Below, one piece after another: positions 13,556 to 26,789 of a DNA stretch of 64,000 nt (the stretch's first letter is position 1; the number at the start of each line of letters is the position of its first letter). The stretch is taken from NCBI GenBank assembly GCA_964016885.1, contig OZ024748.1:58652001-58716000 (forward strand), given 5' to 3'. The position numbers and the translations under genes are program-made. This DNA is from Eledone cirrhosa (Eukaryota). The notes under the pieces are model-generated. The model made no database searches and was not told the DNA's origin. It saw nothing but the letters and a program-made list of their open reading frames with translations.

Positions 13556-15395
13556 ATAAGTACAAACAAAAAGGTTAACTATGTTCCATTACGTCTCAGA
13601 TGGGCTCTGGCAAAATTTGAACAGTGTCCCAGTGTCAGTAAATTATATATTCACAATGCTAGCTTGGAATCATATAATGTCAAGAGGTTTTCAGGTCATT
13701 GTGAGATTTTTTATATTGAATATATTTGATTTCCTTTAAATTATTATGTAATAAAAAGTCTATATATATTTATCGTTATGGATACGGTGATTTCATACAT
13801 TGAGCTCAGAACGTAGGGGCCCAAATGAAATCTTCATCGCACCCCTAACGACTGTGAAATCTACCGCCTTCTATTTAAATTCTTATTTTCTAAAGATACT
13901 TTAGAAGTATCTATGACAACTTACTAGAAATTTCCATTTAGTATTATTGCAAAATTTTATACAGGATACTTTAAGACAAACTGTTACAAACTACTTGTTA
14001 CTATGGTATAGGCAGTTTCACTGATAGATGCACTTCAATGAAGATAAAATCGATATTTAGAGATGAGAAAGATCAGAAAATGCTACATACACGCCCATTT
14101 TGAGAATCAATAAAGGTATGTTGGATTTAAGTGTCAAAGGTGTGAATGCTTTGATGCTGTGAAGAATAGTAGTAATAATATTTTGTAGGAAAGGAAGAAC
14201 GTTTCTGCTTCTAAGTTGATAGCATAATAATAATAATCTTATATGAAGAATAATAATGTTTGATAGGGACTGTTTCTTCCAGGACATGATGTGATCGCTA
14301 CTGAAACTATTAATTTGATTTAGATGTATAGTTTTGTACTACATAGCAACAAAATATAATATTGCGCATATAAATACATGGTGGTGATACAGAATATTTG
14401 TTGTGAAGATTTATAAACTTCTTATACATATTTCGGTTATCAATATCAAACTCTGTGCAGTATATTATTAGTCTTTTGTTTTAATGATAATGCACAATGT
14501 CACACACTCTGCTAATGCACTACAAGTTGTGGAACCATTATAGGCAAAATAATCCAATGCAAATAGTACATTAGATGTGTTTGTGTATGTGCAAACGAGG
14601 ACATTTATATGCATATATGTGTGCATAAGTATATATATATATATACTTATGCACACATATGAAGCGTGAAACTAAGATTTTTTTTTTTGTATCTCTGTAC
14701 ATACATATGATCTATATATCTATAAATGTGAGTAAGTTTACATATGCATGTATATATAAATGTCTAGGTGTACATAAATATGTATATATTGATTTTTGTA
14801 CATACGTGTGGGGGGGGGGGGGGGGAGAGAAAAAATATCGAAACCTGTGTTAGTGCTCTCTCCCTGTTTTCAGTTACTTCTGGTAAATGCATTAAGTCTG
14901 TTACTAGATTTGAGGCAGAATAGAGAATGGATGTTTACTACTCGTGGTACCAGCATCTATTTTCTACAGCTTATATATATATATATAATGTGTGTGTAGA
15001 GAGAGAAGTTTAATTTACATATAGTTAGATTTGTATTGTTTATCGACATATTTCGCACGCTTCGCAGATTTATTCAGGGTCACCCATAGAATGTATGAGC
15101 CTGATTCTATAGTCAATCTGCTCTTCTCTTCAGGCGATTCAACAAAAATACAATATATATTTTCTTAAACAAAAGCCTCATTGCTGAATTCTATCACGTA
15201 GTGAATAGTTGACTTCCATATTATAGGATTTCTGATGAAGTGTGATAAATAATTAAGTACTGCATATTATCGAACAATATATATTGTAGTCAGCATATGT
15301 TGACAATCTATAATAAACTAGGAAACATATATAAACGCAAATAAATTCCTAACCTTCTTCACGCAAACGTTTTATTCTTCTAGGTGCAATACTTG

Positions 15396-15436
<41 letters not shown>

Positions 15437-15481
15437 TAATTCAAAATATTAACAAAATATAGACATTCTTGTGATCAAGTA

Positions 15482-15548
15482 TATTTTATTATACATATTT
15501 CAGAGGTATGAAGCTATCTTCAACAGTACGTCCTCATCAGATAAAATA
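15482..15548 (-). ncRNA. Type I hammerhead ribozyme
   Basis: tattttat-CTGATGA-ggacgta..(tgaag atag cttca)..tacctct-GAAAT-ATGT-ATA-ataaaata; perfect 8-bp stem I, 7-bp stem II with one mismatch, AUA cleavage triplet. Confidence 0.75.
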
Positions 15549-16064
15549 AGATGATGCATGACATACCTTGACTAAGTAGATGGTTAAAATTCAGTCATGG
15601 CAGTGAATAAGATGCGACAAAACTCAATATTTATGAATGTATATATTTGTTAATATTTTGAAGTAATATTAATATATACGGAAGACCATAACTGTGGAGT
15701 GCTTCTAATCTATTGTAAAACTTTATTCATGGATTTATTCATTGAAACTTGTTTAACCTTTAAATATATATATATATATATATATGTATATTATATATAT
15801 ATTATATATGTATATTATATATATATTATATATGTATATTATATTATATATGTATATTATATACATATAAGTAGAAAGGGCAGTAAAGAGCAATCAGCAA
15901 ATAATTTGAAAATTCAGAGGAGTTCATTTAAGGATTTGACTCATCTGTCTATCAACTGATTCCAGATGTGAACACTTCTATTTTTTCAGATGCCCTTCAA
16001 GAAAAAGACGAGTTTACGTCCGGAATCATCTGGTAATGTGCATATATTTCAAATGGTTAACTTG

Positions 16065-16069
<5 letters not shown>

Positions 16070-16115
<46 letters not shown>

Positions 16116-17199
16116 ATATAATATAATATATAATATATAATATAATATAATATAATATAATATAATATAATATAATATTATATAATATAATATTATATAA
16201 TATAATATTATATAATATAATATAATATTATATAATATAATATAATATAATATAATATTATATAATATAATATTATATAATATAATATTATATAATATAA
16301 TATTATATAATATAATATAATATAATATAATATAATATAATATAATATTATATTATATTATATTATATTATATAATATAATATTATATAATATAATATAA
16401 TATAATATTATATAATATAATATAATATAATATTATATAATATAATATAATATAATATAATATTATATAATATAATATAATATTATATAATATAGTATAT
16501 ATAATATAATATAATATAGTATATATAATATATATAATATAATATATATAATATATATAATATAATATATATTATATAATATATATTATATAATATATAT
16601 AATATATAAATATAATATAATATATAAATATAATATAATATATATATATATAATATAATATATATATATAATATAATATATAAATATAATATAATATATA
16701 TATATAATATAATATATATATATATAATATAATATATATATATAATATAATATATATATATAATATAATATATATATATATAATATAATATATATATATA
16801 ATATAATATATATATATAATATAATATATAAATATAATATAATATATAAATATAATATAATATATATATATAATATAATATATATATATAATATAATATA
16901 TATATATAATATAATATATATAATATAATATATATATATAATATAATATATATATATAATATAATATATATATATAATATAATATATATATATAATATAA
17001 TATATATATATAATATATATATATAATATAATATATATATATAATATAATATATATATATAATATAATATATATATATAATATAATATATATATATAATA
17101 TAATATATATATATAATATAATATATATATATAATATAATATATATATATAATATATATATATATAATATAATATATATATATAATATATATATAATAT

Positions 17200-17230
<31 letters not shown>
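16070..17230. repeat. ~1.15-kb nearly pure A/T satellite, (TA)n then (TATAA)n then ~18-bp units
   Basis: Read directly; only two G residues seen; source of the spurious 236-aa ORF. Confidence 0.98.
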
Positions 17231-17231
17231 A

Positions 17232-17607
17232 AAACGTTTGGGGTTGGGAGGCCAAGACAATGCAGGTATGGATATAGAATATAAATGCAAGTGCAAAAGA
17301 AATTGTTGACAATTAGTCTTATCTTAAATTTATTTAAATATCCTTAATTTTCGAGATAATCTCTTCTTCGGAGGGAAGTAAAGGGTTAATCCAGTGTTCT
17401 AATTATCTTGCCAAGTCATGCCTTGGCAAGATAATTAGAACACTGGATTAACCCTTTACTTCCCTCCGAAGAAGAGATATTATCTCGAAAATTAAGGATA
17501 TTTAAATAAATTTAAGATAAGACTAATTGTCAACAATTTCTTTTGCACTTGCATTTATATTCTATGTCCATACCTGCATTGTCTTGGCCTCCCAACCCCA
17601 AATGTTT
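17232..17607. repeat. Near-perfect spacerless palindrome (~187-bp arms)
   Basis: Centred on CATG at 17417-17420; about three substitutions and one 2-nt indel between arms. Confidence 0.97.
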
Positions 17608-17640
17608 ACACCTCATTACGCAATGCTTCAAGTAAACTAC

Positions 17641-17674
<34 letters not shown>

Positions 17675-18237
17675 ACACATAGAGGAGGGAGACGGGGAGG
17701 ATGAGAGGAAAGGAGGCAGACAGGGAAATATCGTGAACAATTATTTGTGGAAATGTGTTCTGTTAACATAGCAGAAAGATATTTGAAAGATGCTTAACGG
17801 AAGCACCTAAGTTGAACATAAACATTATTTTACTATGTTTTGAAATATAGATATATTTAACACACATGTATGTATTATTGTCTTTGGTATCATGTGTTTA
17901 TCATTGCCATAATATAACACATTATACTTCTCTATGGGGATTGCAAGTTTACGATTTATTTGATTTTTAACTAATGCTTCAAGAATTGTTATATTTTATT
18001 GCTCTAAGGCGCATGAATAAAATAATAGATGCCAATTATATGGAGGTCCCAAAAGCATACATATTTCTCTTAGCAAATGTTCACTCTGACATATATAGCT
18101 ATAAAAATGTGTCACTTAATGTTGAAGACATCAAATCTACAGTATCAGGATACGAACTGATGATTATATTAAGTTGTACGGCCAGATTCCAGTTTAGTCT
18201 TTGATGTGAATAGATTTTAATATTTGATACATACATA

Positions 18238-18442
18238 AGGGCGGTGGATTAGCAGTATCAGTGCTTTGCGGCCTAGTTATCGCCTTTTGCGATCTCAGTT
18301 CAAATCATGTCTGGGTTAGCTACGTCTTTCGTCTTTACGGGTTCGATAAATTATAGTAGCAGTGATGAACTGTGGTCAATTTAATCGACTTTCTCCGCCC
18401 TCAAAATTATTGGACGTGTCCTTAAATCAGAAACCAATATTT
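18238..18442 (+). mobile_element. Full-length diverged SINE
   Basis: agggcggtggattagcag head, gttcaaatc B-box, aaaccaatatt tail. Confidence 0.8.
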
Positions 18443-18972
18443 AATACATAACTTCCCCGTACACATAAGTTCAAGTTCTGCTCAGCTTATCAGGATTTCT
18501 AGTGTTTATTTGTGCTAAGAATCATAGTCACTATATCAGTTTGTTACTAGTTTCTATTGAAACACTACAAACATATCAACCCTTGGTATTTTCATTCATT
18601 TTTCTTCTTCATTTTTGTCCAATATTTGCGTTTACAGTGTTATGTTCCCCGTGGCAGGAAAAACAGGTAATGTTCGGTCGAGAAGTACACAATAAGAAAT
18701 AGTTGGATATTGAGATGAGATGGTCAACACAGATAATCTGGAATTCATGTCGAAATACTTTAAACAACATCGGGTACAATATCCTAAAGTAATCTCTAAT
18801 AATAATAGTAATAAAGTTCATGTATTTACCAATACTATTTTAATTTTTCACTATAACTTTTTTCTATTGTTTCTTTATAAAAATCAGATATTTTCTTTTC
18901 TTTTTTTTTTTCCTTAGCAACATAGTATATTAAATACTGGTTTGTGTGGAGGTGTGGGTTTGTCAGAAGAAA

Positions 18973-19014
<42 letters not shown>

Positions 19015-19500
19015 AATATATATTAGTGGGTGTGTGTGTATATACACACACACTATATATATATAATGTGTGTAGGGGGGTTACGTTTGTGGGTGTGTAT
19101 ATTTGAATAGGTTAAATTCAATTGTTATTGCACCCTCCTTTATATTTCATTTGACATAAGAAACGATCGTGACATTTGAAGTTTGCTAGTAAGAACGAAC
19201 AAACACGCACATTCTAATCACATTCCTATATACTTCGCTATATCTTCTCGCCTTCTCATTCTCACGTTCGTTTCTTTCTTGTTTTGTATATTTGTTGGGG
19301 TTTTCTTTATTTTATATTGATTGATGTATATTTAATACATACATGCATACACGGTCACACTCCCAAAGAGACGCAACCCCACTCACGTGTGCGTGTGTAA
19401 TTTTGCTGTGTATATATATATATGCATACAATCATACACACACATAGATTCTGTTATTATATGCGTATATATATATATAATATATATAATTTTGTGAATA

Positions 19501-19535
<35 letters not shown>

Positions 19536-20864
19536 TATACGTATATATAATATGTATATATATATAATTTTGTGTACATAAACATATACATACAAGCATA
19601 CATTCTGATGTATGTAGATATATGTACGTACATATGTAAGAGAGAGAGAATTTTAAAATACCTTTTCTTCATCTATTCACATTGACTGCCTCTCCCAAAA
19701 TAAACTTAAATTTACATATCTTCAAATTCCACCTTAACTATCATAATAAATCTAGAATATTGATGGTGTTGATCATCATAATAATAATGTGTGTGCAATC
19801 GAATATTATATGTAGGTTCTATGAATACATGCAATAAAATACGGTTTGATACATATGTAGATGTGTACGTGTGTAATAAAATATTTTATGTATGACATAT
19901 ATGTCAAAGTACTTCCTAGAAGATATATATATACATACCTTTTTATGTATGTATATGAATGTGTATGTATATATGTATGAATGTATACATGTGTATATAT
20001 ATATATATGTGTGTGTATATAGGTATATATATATATGTATATATTTAGTCATCTTCTTCATACTAATGTTTTCTCTTTTGAGAGCATGTATTAGCAAGTT
20101 TTCTATGTGTTGGTATTGGCACATGGGTGTGTACGATTCCAAAATTATTGCTTTCTTATGAAATACTGTGATTATATATATATATATATATATATAATAT
20201 ATGCGCATAGATGCAAAAAGACGCCATTTCACTTCAATAAAAATAGAAAGCAGCTTACATAAACACATACACACATACACACATACACACATGCACACAT
20301 GCACACATGCACACATGCACAACTGAGTGAACAAGACACATGAAGTTATTGGCAGCACCAAAATTTTCTCTGAAGTTCACTCGAAAAGAATGATGTGAAT
20401 AGCGTCCATAAAGCTATATTAATATTTACTCAGGAAAAAAGCATGACGCTTCTAACTTACACGAAGGAATTGTATGACAACAAATCGATAGATTCTGATA
20501 GTTTATCTTCGATGACCATCTTAGACAACGAGCCACCATTTTGTATTCATCGCTCACAAACGATTTTTATCTCTTGGAATGCTGACATTCAGTAAAAGTC
20601 ATTTTCTTTGCCTGCAGTAGCATTTTACACATAATGAAAAAAATATATGATTAAATATATATCACTCAAGCGCTGCTCTTTGAGGTTTTGTACCGGGACT
20701 AGGTATATTGGATGTGTAAATACACGTAAAAGGGGGGGGCCTTATCCTTTGACTTTTATCCTTTGACTTAACGATTATTATCAATGTTTGACCATATTAC
20801 TGATCCTCATATAGATACTGTAGAATTCGTGCAGTTCATATCCTTATCAAACCAATATAGGTTC

Positions 20865-20991
20865 TGGTATGGCTGTATCGTTAAGTTCTCTTCGTCAATA
20901 CGTGGTGTTGTGTTCAGTCCCATTGCATGGCACCGCTTAATATACCTGAGATTGATCAAGACCTGGTAGACGGAAATTGTGTGGAAGCCCA

Positions 20992-20997
<6 letters not shown>
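20865..20997 (+). mobile_element. Degenerate second SINE family ending in (TA)n
   Basis: A/B-box-like tggtatggctgtatcgttaag and gttcagtccc, then tggtagacggaaattgtgtggaagccc; recognised by recall only. Confidence 0.55.
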
Positions 20998-21053
<56 letters not shown>

Positions 21054-21210
21054 TAATAAATGTGAAGTCTAAAATCCAAAGAGGGCTCGATAAGGATAAA
21101 TATATATCAAATATATAAGAATCATTGATCTGTTATTTTAATAAATATTTGCTCTAAGAATCGCTGCTTTCACCCTTTATGGGATCTTCTTATTTATTTA
21201 TTTATATATG

Positions 21211-21250
<40 letters not shown>

Positions 21251-21969
21251 AAGCATACGTGTATACCTATGTTTATGTCCTGTAACTTAGCAGTTTAACA
21301 AAAAGAAGTCTATAAAATGTGTAGTAGTAATTTCTGTCGCTGGTGTTATTGCTGCTGTTTTCATTGTTATTGTTGTTTGAAGGAATGACTTGGCAAAAGT
21401 TGCAGTGGTGAAATGCCATGCGTTATTTCATTTGCTCTTTAGATTCTGAGTTCAAATTCCATCGAGGCCAAATTTTCTTTTTAGCAATTACGGGTTTAAG
21501 AAAATATTAGTCAAATACTCTGTCATTGATCTCCCACCGCTTCCTTCCTTCCTTCCTTCCTTCTCTCTCTGAACCTTCCACGCCCTTATATCTGCCTCTC
21601 CCCTCTATCTCTCCCTCCTCCCTCTATCTACCCCCCTCTATATCACCCCCCACCCAGTCCCCCTGTATCACCCCCACCCAGTCCCCCTGTATCACCCCCA
21701 CCCATTCCCCCTATCACTCCTATATCTCCATTCGCTCTGTCCCCACTCTCGCTCTCTCCTTCTCACACACAATCCCTCTTCACTCTCCTATATACCTTTC
21801 CTACACTCTCCCTTTTTCCCAATCTGTCTTCCTCACTGTTTCCCGCTTTCTTTCCCACACTCTCCTACTTTTTCTCCCACCCTCTCTCGCAATTTGTATC
21901 TCCCTTTCTCCCCCCCCCCCCTCAGATCCAAGATATATCGAAAAATAATGGATTTTACATTTGAGACAA

Positions 21970-22265
21970 ACCAGCATTTTTTTCAAGGAAGATTCGAAGT
22001 TGATTATATCGAGTATCCATTACTGGTTCTTGTTCTCCACTCAATAAGGATGAAAGCCAGAGCTAACCTCGGCGGGATTTGAAATCGTGATAATGGTTTT
22101 TAATTTAGGCACAAGGCTAATATTTCTGTGGGCGGGGAGGTCGATATAATCGATCCTAGTGTTAGTGGTACATTATCTTTTCGACCGCGTAAGGATGTAA
22201 TGCAAAGATAGCCACGATGTTATTTGAACTTAGAATGTAAATGGAAGTAACTATATGACGCATGT
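21970..22265 (-). mobile_element. Two degenerate SINE copies
   Basis: aaggatgaaagccagagctaacctcggcgggatttgaa and a second tail-to-body copy from ~22092. Confidence 0.7.
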
Positions 22266-22822
22266 TTCCCCGACATTCTTACGATACTGACAATCCATCG
22301 TCGTTTTTAACGAACAATGAAATAAAATGTCTAATAAACTACTGCAAAATAATAGAAAACACGTACGATTGTCTGTCAGGTTCATTGTTTTATAGACATT
22401 AGTGACATGAAGGAAATTGGAATGGCTACAGACCAAAAGTATAATCTTTCCGGCAACTTACTGTACATTCTATTACAGTCGTCAAATTGAAAACATAAAA
22501 TATGGATGTCTAACTGATGTAGAAACTGCAGGCATTGATTTGCGATTAAGAAGTCCACTTCAAAACTATTTTGTTAACTTTTCAACCCCATTACAGAGTT
22601 TTCGCAGGTGACTTTCATTATGAATTTTATTTTATCGACCCTGGAATTATGAAAGATAATATTGACCTCGGAAAGTTTTGAACTCAAAACATAAAGCAGT
22701 TTGTTGTTGCTCTGACGATTCTACCAGCCCATAATAGTAACAAAAGCATTAATAGATTTTTTGGTTTTTATCTTTGGTTTTTTACTTTTATTTTTCATAC
22801 TTATGTATTTATATTATTGGTC

Positions 22823-22856
<34 letters not shown>

Positions 22857-24569
22857 CCAATTTACCGATTTAACATTTTACTGATTCAAAAAAATAAAAT
22901 GAGAGTTTTAAGTTTCTTTTTTTACTCCAGTCTATCAATATTCATTACAAATGTATCTAATGGATCGTCAGACTTACATTATTTAAATATCATATTCTTA
23001 GCTGGGGGATATCTCTCTTATCTTTTGTATTTTTTTCATAAATATCTATATTAAAATTTGTATTACTTCAAAGTTCACGTTGAAAACTATGTTTGTTTTT
23101 AATGTAAGATATATTAAAAGGAAAGGAAAATTTTAAGAAAACTATTATAATTTAGAGGATGGTGATGTGAATGAAATGTTACTTACATACTACACTGAAA
23201 TAACAATATAGCTGGCCGAGTCAGAAGTGTCTTCGTCAATTAGATTTTAATTCACAGGTTCGAATCACTTAAGCGGACGACTCGCATCGTATTTAGCACT
23301 CAATTTAACCTCTAAGTGTAGGTTACCAAGGCCGCGAATTGGCAGTCATTAGAACGTCGGTTATAATGATTTGCAGTATTTGCAGTGACTCAAATCTCGC
23401 CAAGGTCAACTTTTTCTTTCATCCATTCGAGGTCGATAAAAAAGTATGAATCTAGTATGTTGTAAAATTCTCTTCTCTATCTCTTCTTCACTTTCATTGA
23501 CTTACTCTATCATTTTTCTAGAAAAGAATCGGCTGTACTCAGGCCTGGAAATGAGATGAGCTTCACCAGGTTTACAAGTATGTAAGTACGGCGCCATCTA
23601 TGACTCCCTTTGAGGTTATGGGACAATGCCTTGTATTCATGGAGTAATCCTTCGACGCTACAATATTACAATTTAGTGATTTAATGTTCTCACAGCCTTG
23701 AGTGAGCAGACTTATTAATAACTATATTTCAGCCACGTGAAACCTGATGGTTAGGGGAATTTATATTATCGCATATCTCCTGTCTCGGTGTTTTCCACAT
23801 ATTTAAGACAACAGGATATGATTGAGATATGCAACATGAATGTTATTTCTAGTACATTCAGTGACTACGAACATTCTCCTGTTGATTCCATATTTGATCT
23901 ATTGTCAAACGCATTCTATATATCAACTGTTGGCTTTCTATATATAGGAATACATTATTTAACCTGTATTTCCTGTGTTAACCTAGCTTACTACGATTAG
24001 TGGTATGGGATTAGGCAGTTATTTTTAGCATAGTTTAGTGTAGGCACTACTGACCTTTATTCTCGACTGTAGCTACTTCGTTTTTTTTCTAATGACACAA
24101 CGAATTTTATAAATAGTTTAAGTCTCGTTCCTTCTTTCGCGGCTCTATAAGAATAAAATATATTGAACCATCTTCCAATGTAATATGTTTACAGTATAAA
24201 TATATTTATACGAACGGCCTCCATCTATGAACCAGCCTGGCATTATACTGTCATTGGAACAGAGGTCTTTGACAGCCAAACAAGTTAATTATTGAAACAT
24301 ACACGTGGGATAATAAACCTCGAGCACACTTCTAGAATCATTATCAAAATTTAGATCGAAGAAAGCGGCGCCCGAAGAAGATAATATGAAATGTGATATA
24401 AATGGCGTAAATCATGTTTTATACAAGTGTAAATTAAATTGCTTGATGATGATGAGCTAAAGTTGCATTTGATAATGGTATCTAAATTCGATCATATCGC
24501 TAGAATAATATTAGGTTAATGTTCATGTTATTTCCAAGCATCACTGCGCTCAGTTCTGATTTGATTTGA

Positions 24570-24601
<32 letters not shown>

Positions 24602-25334
24602 GCAATGTTAATTGAATACGATATTGTTTGAAGTATGTATGAAAATTTATTTGAAAAACCTCATAGGAACTTTTCTGGTTACGTGAAGCATGTAATACTG
24701 CCTATCAACTCCAGGTTTCAATAGAGAAAATCCTCTCCAAAAAATTTGTAATTAGTTTTGTTAATGAGTTATCACCCTTTCTTCTTCTTTATAGATTTCA
24801 TACAAATATCAGGCTTCATTTTTTTATTTTTTTTTTATTTTTTTTTATTGAAACAATATCTAAAGGCAGAATATTTCCGATGATTTTTCATTTTAAATAA
24901 ACCTCGTTGAAAGAGTTTCGAATTCCGTGTAAAACTCGAACGTATATATTTAGTTTGTATTTTTCTATCATGTTGTGGATGTCCGTGAACTCAGAATTAC
25001 TAAATTAGTGAGACATACTCACTAATTCATGACATCCCGAGTTCGATCCCAATGCAATGTATCTTGCCTACGTATTTACAATAGACACGTATCAATCCAG
25101 GTTTTGAAAATGGCATTGGGTGAATAACCAGCTGATTATATGTAGTGACATATATTGTCACGTTGAATCTCCCTGAGATTACGTATCTGTGGGGGGGGTA
25201 TGGTGCACGTTAATTTCTCAAGTAGGCTGCTCGTTTGATTGAATAACTAAATCATTCAAAGTTGAAATCAATAAATATCCGTTACCATTCCATTCACTGA
25301 TATTCATAATCAGCGTCAATACATCTTCTCTATT

Positions 25335-25397
<63 letters not shown>

Positions 25398-25403
25398 AAA
25401 ATG

Positions 25404-25640
25404 TATGACTCCGACGGCAGAGCTCAAGTTCTTTTGGCGGCTATTTCTGGACTAAATTAGAATGTTTAGCGTGGTCAATAAATAGCCTATTCATTTACTA
25501 CGCTAAAAATTCTAATTTAGTCCAGAAATAGCCGTCGAAACGGCTTGACCTCTGCCGTCGGGGTCATAAGTATTGAGTACTCTGCCGTCGGGGTCATAAG
25601 TATTGAGTACTCTGGTGCGTTATGGTCCACCTGGTCCCTT
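25404..25640. repeat. Fold-back element (IR 25404-25568) with a 30-bp tandem duplication
   Basis: tatgactccgacggcagagctcaag...cttgacctctgccgtcggggtcata; ctctgccgtcggggtcataagtattgagta occurs twice. Confidence 0.9.
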
Positions 25641-25674
25641 TCCACAACTCATTCGTTTATATATATATGAATGT

Positions 25675-26223
25675 TTTTGCAATACACTGTATGCTTAATT
25701 AAAAGCATTTCGAAGACCTTACGCTATTGTTTTAGAGTAGTGACAGTCTCACTTACTTTAAATTTTCAGCAGTCACTACTCTAAAACAATAGCGTAAGGT
25801 CTTTGAAATGCTTTTAATTAAGCATACAGTGTATTGCAAAATACACTATATATACATTCATATATATACCCCTATTTCAGAGCACCAATTCTAATTTTCA
25901 ATTTCTGCTTGACCGGCAACCGCTCTGTATAATCAGTTCCTGATTATTACTAGAATTCTATAAGAATCAAACATTCATGATTTTCAGCAAGCAGGAGGAG
26001 TACTTGGCTTTGATAAGTACCAATCAGTACCAATCAGTACGAAACAGAGCTGTCAGCTTTATCTCCCCTGTTTAGTGACACTCACATACTTTAAAATTTC
26101 AGCACTCTAAAACAATACCGGAAGGTCTTCGAAATGCTTTTAATTAAGCATACAGTGTATTGCAAAATACACTATATATACATTTATATATATATATATC
26201 GCTATTTCAGAGCACCAATTCTA

Positions 26224-26229
<6 letters not shown>
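25675..26229. repeat. Inverted plus tandem repeat triad
   Basis: 25675-25744 is inverted relative to 25772-25841; ~25757-25900 is repeated directly at ~26088-26229. Confidence 0.9.
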
Positions 26230-26268
<39 letters not shown>

Positions 26269-26350
26269 GAGATAAGCGGAACAAGTAAAATTCAAACAAT
26301 CTTTCAAAATAAATTCAAAAAATATAATTTAAATATTTACCTATCCATAT

Positions 26351-26431
26351 TGCTTTTACCGACGGTTTCGCCTCACAAAAGATTGGAAATCCGAGGGACT
26401 TCCAATGGAAAGTTCGGCTCTTCAGAAAGCA
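26351..26431 (-). ncRNA. Type I hammerhead ribozyme with extended stem II insert
   Basis: tgcttt-CTGAAGA-gcc..46 nt..ggc-GAAACC-GTC-GGTA-aaagca; perfect 6-bp stem I, 3-bp GC stem II base, GUA triplet. Confidence 0.85.
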
Positions 26432-26758
26432 TTTTCCCTTACATAGGACATAAAGTCACATAGCCGGCAAATATAGTGCTTTCAGCCAGCTAGTGCAGGA
26501 TCGAATGGGGCCGTAAACGTGACCTACACGTGAACGGGTCGTTAGTAGAAGCGGGAGTAGCATAGATGTGTTGTCTGCCACACCACTAAAAATAGCAGCT
26601 GGGTAAACAACGGATTTTTTCTCTACACATGGGAGATTTACATAAAATGAGATCAATATCCCCACAGGTACTTAGTACCCTCGGAAATATATAGGGTGTC
26701 TATGATATTAATTTGACATACCAGAACTATAAAATTGAGATAAGTGGAACAAACTTAG

Positions 26759-26789
<31 letters not shown>

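Noticed and set aside
15040-15300. Two hammerhead-like strings (minus CTGAATA..GAAATATGTC; plus CTGATGA..GAACAATATATATTGTA)
   Set aside because: Core mismatches and no stem I
16586-17296. 236-aa ORF
   Set aside because: Translation of an A/T satellite (Y/I only); the same applies to the YIYI, CVCV, HTHT and ERER ORFs elsewhere
20455-20615. Possible minus-strand exon (ctgcag acceptor, gtaagt donor)
   Set aside because: Stops in all three frames
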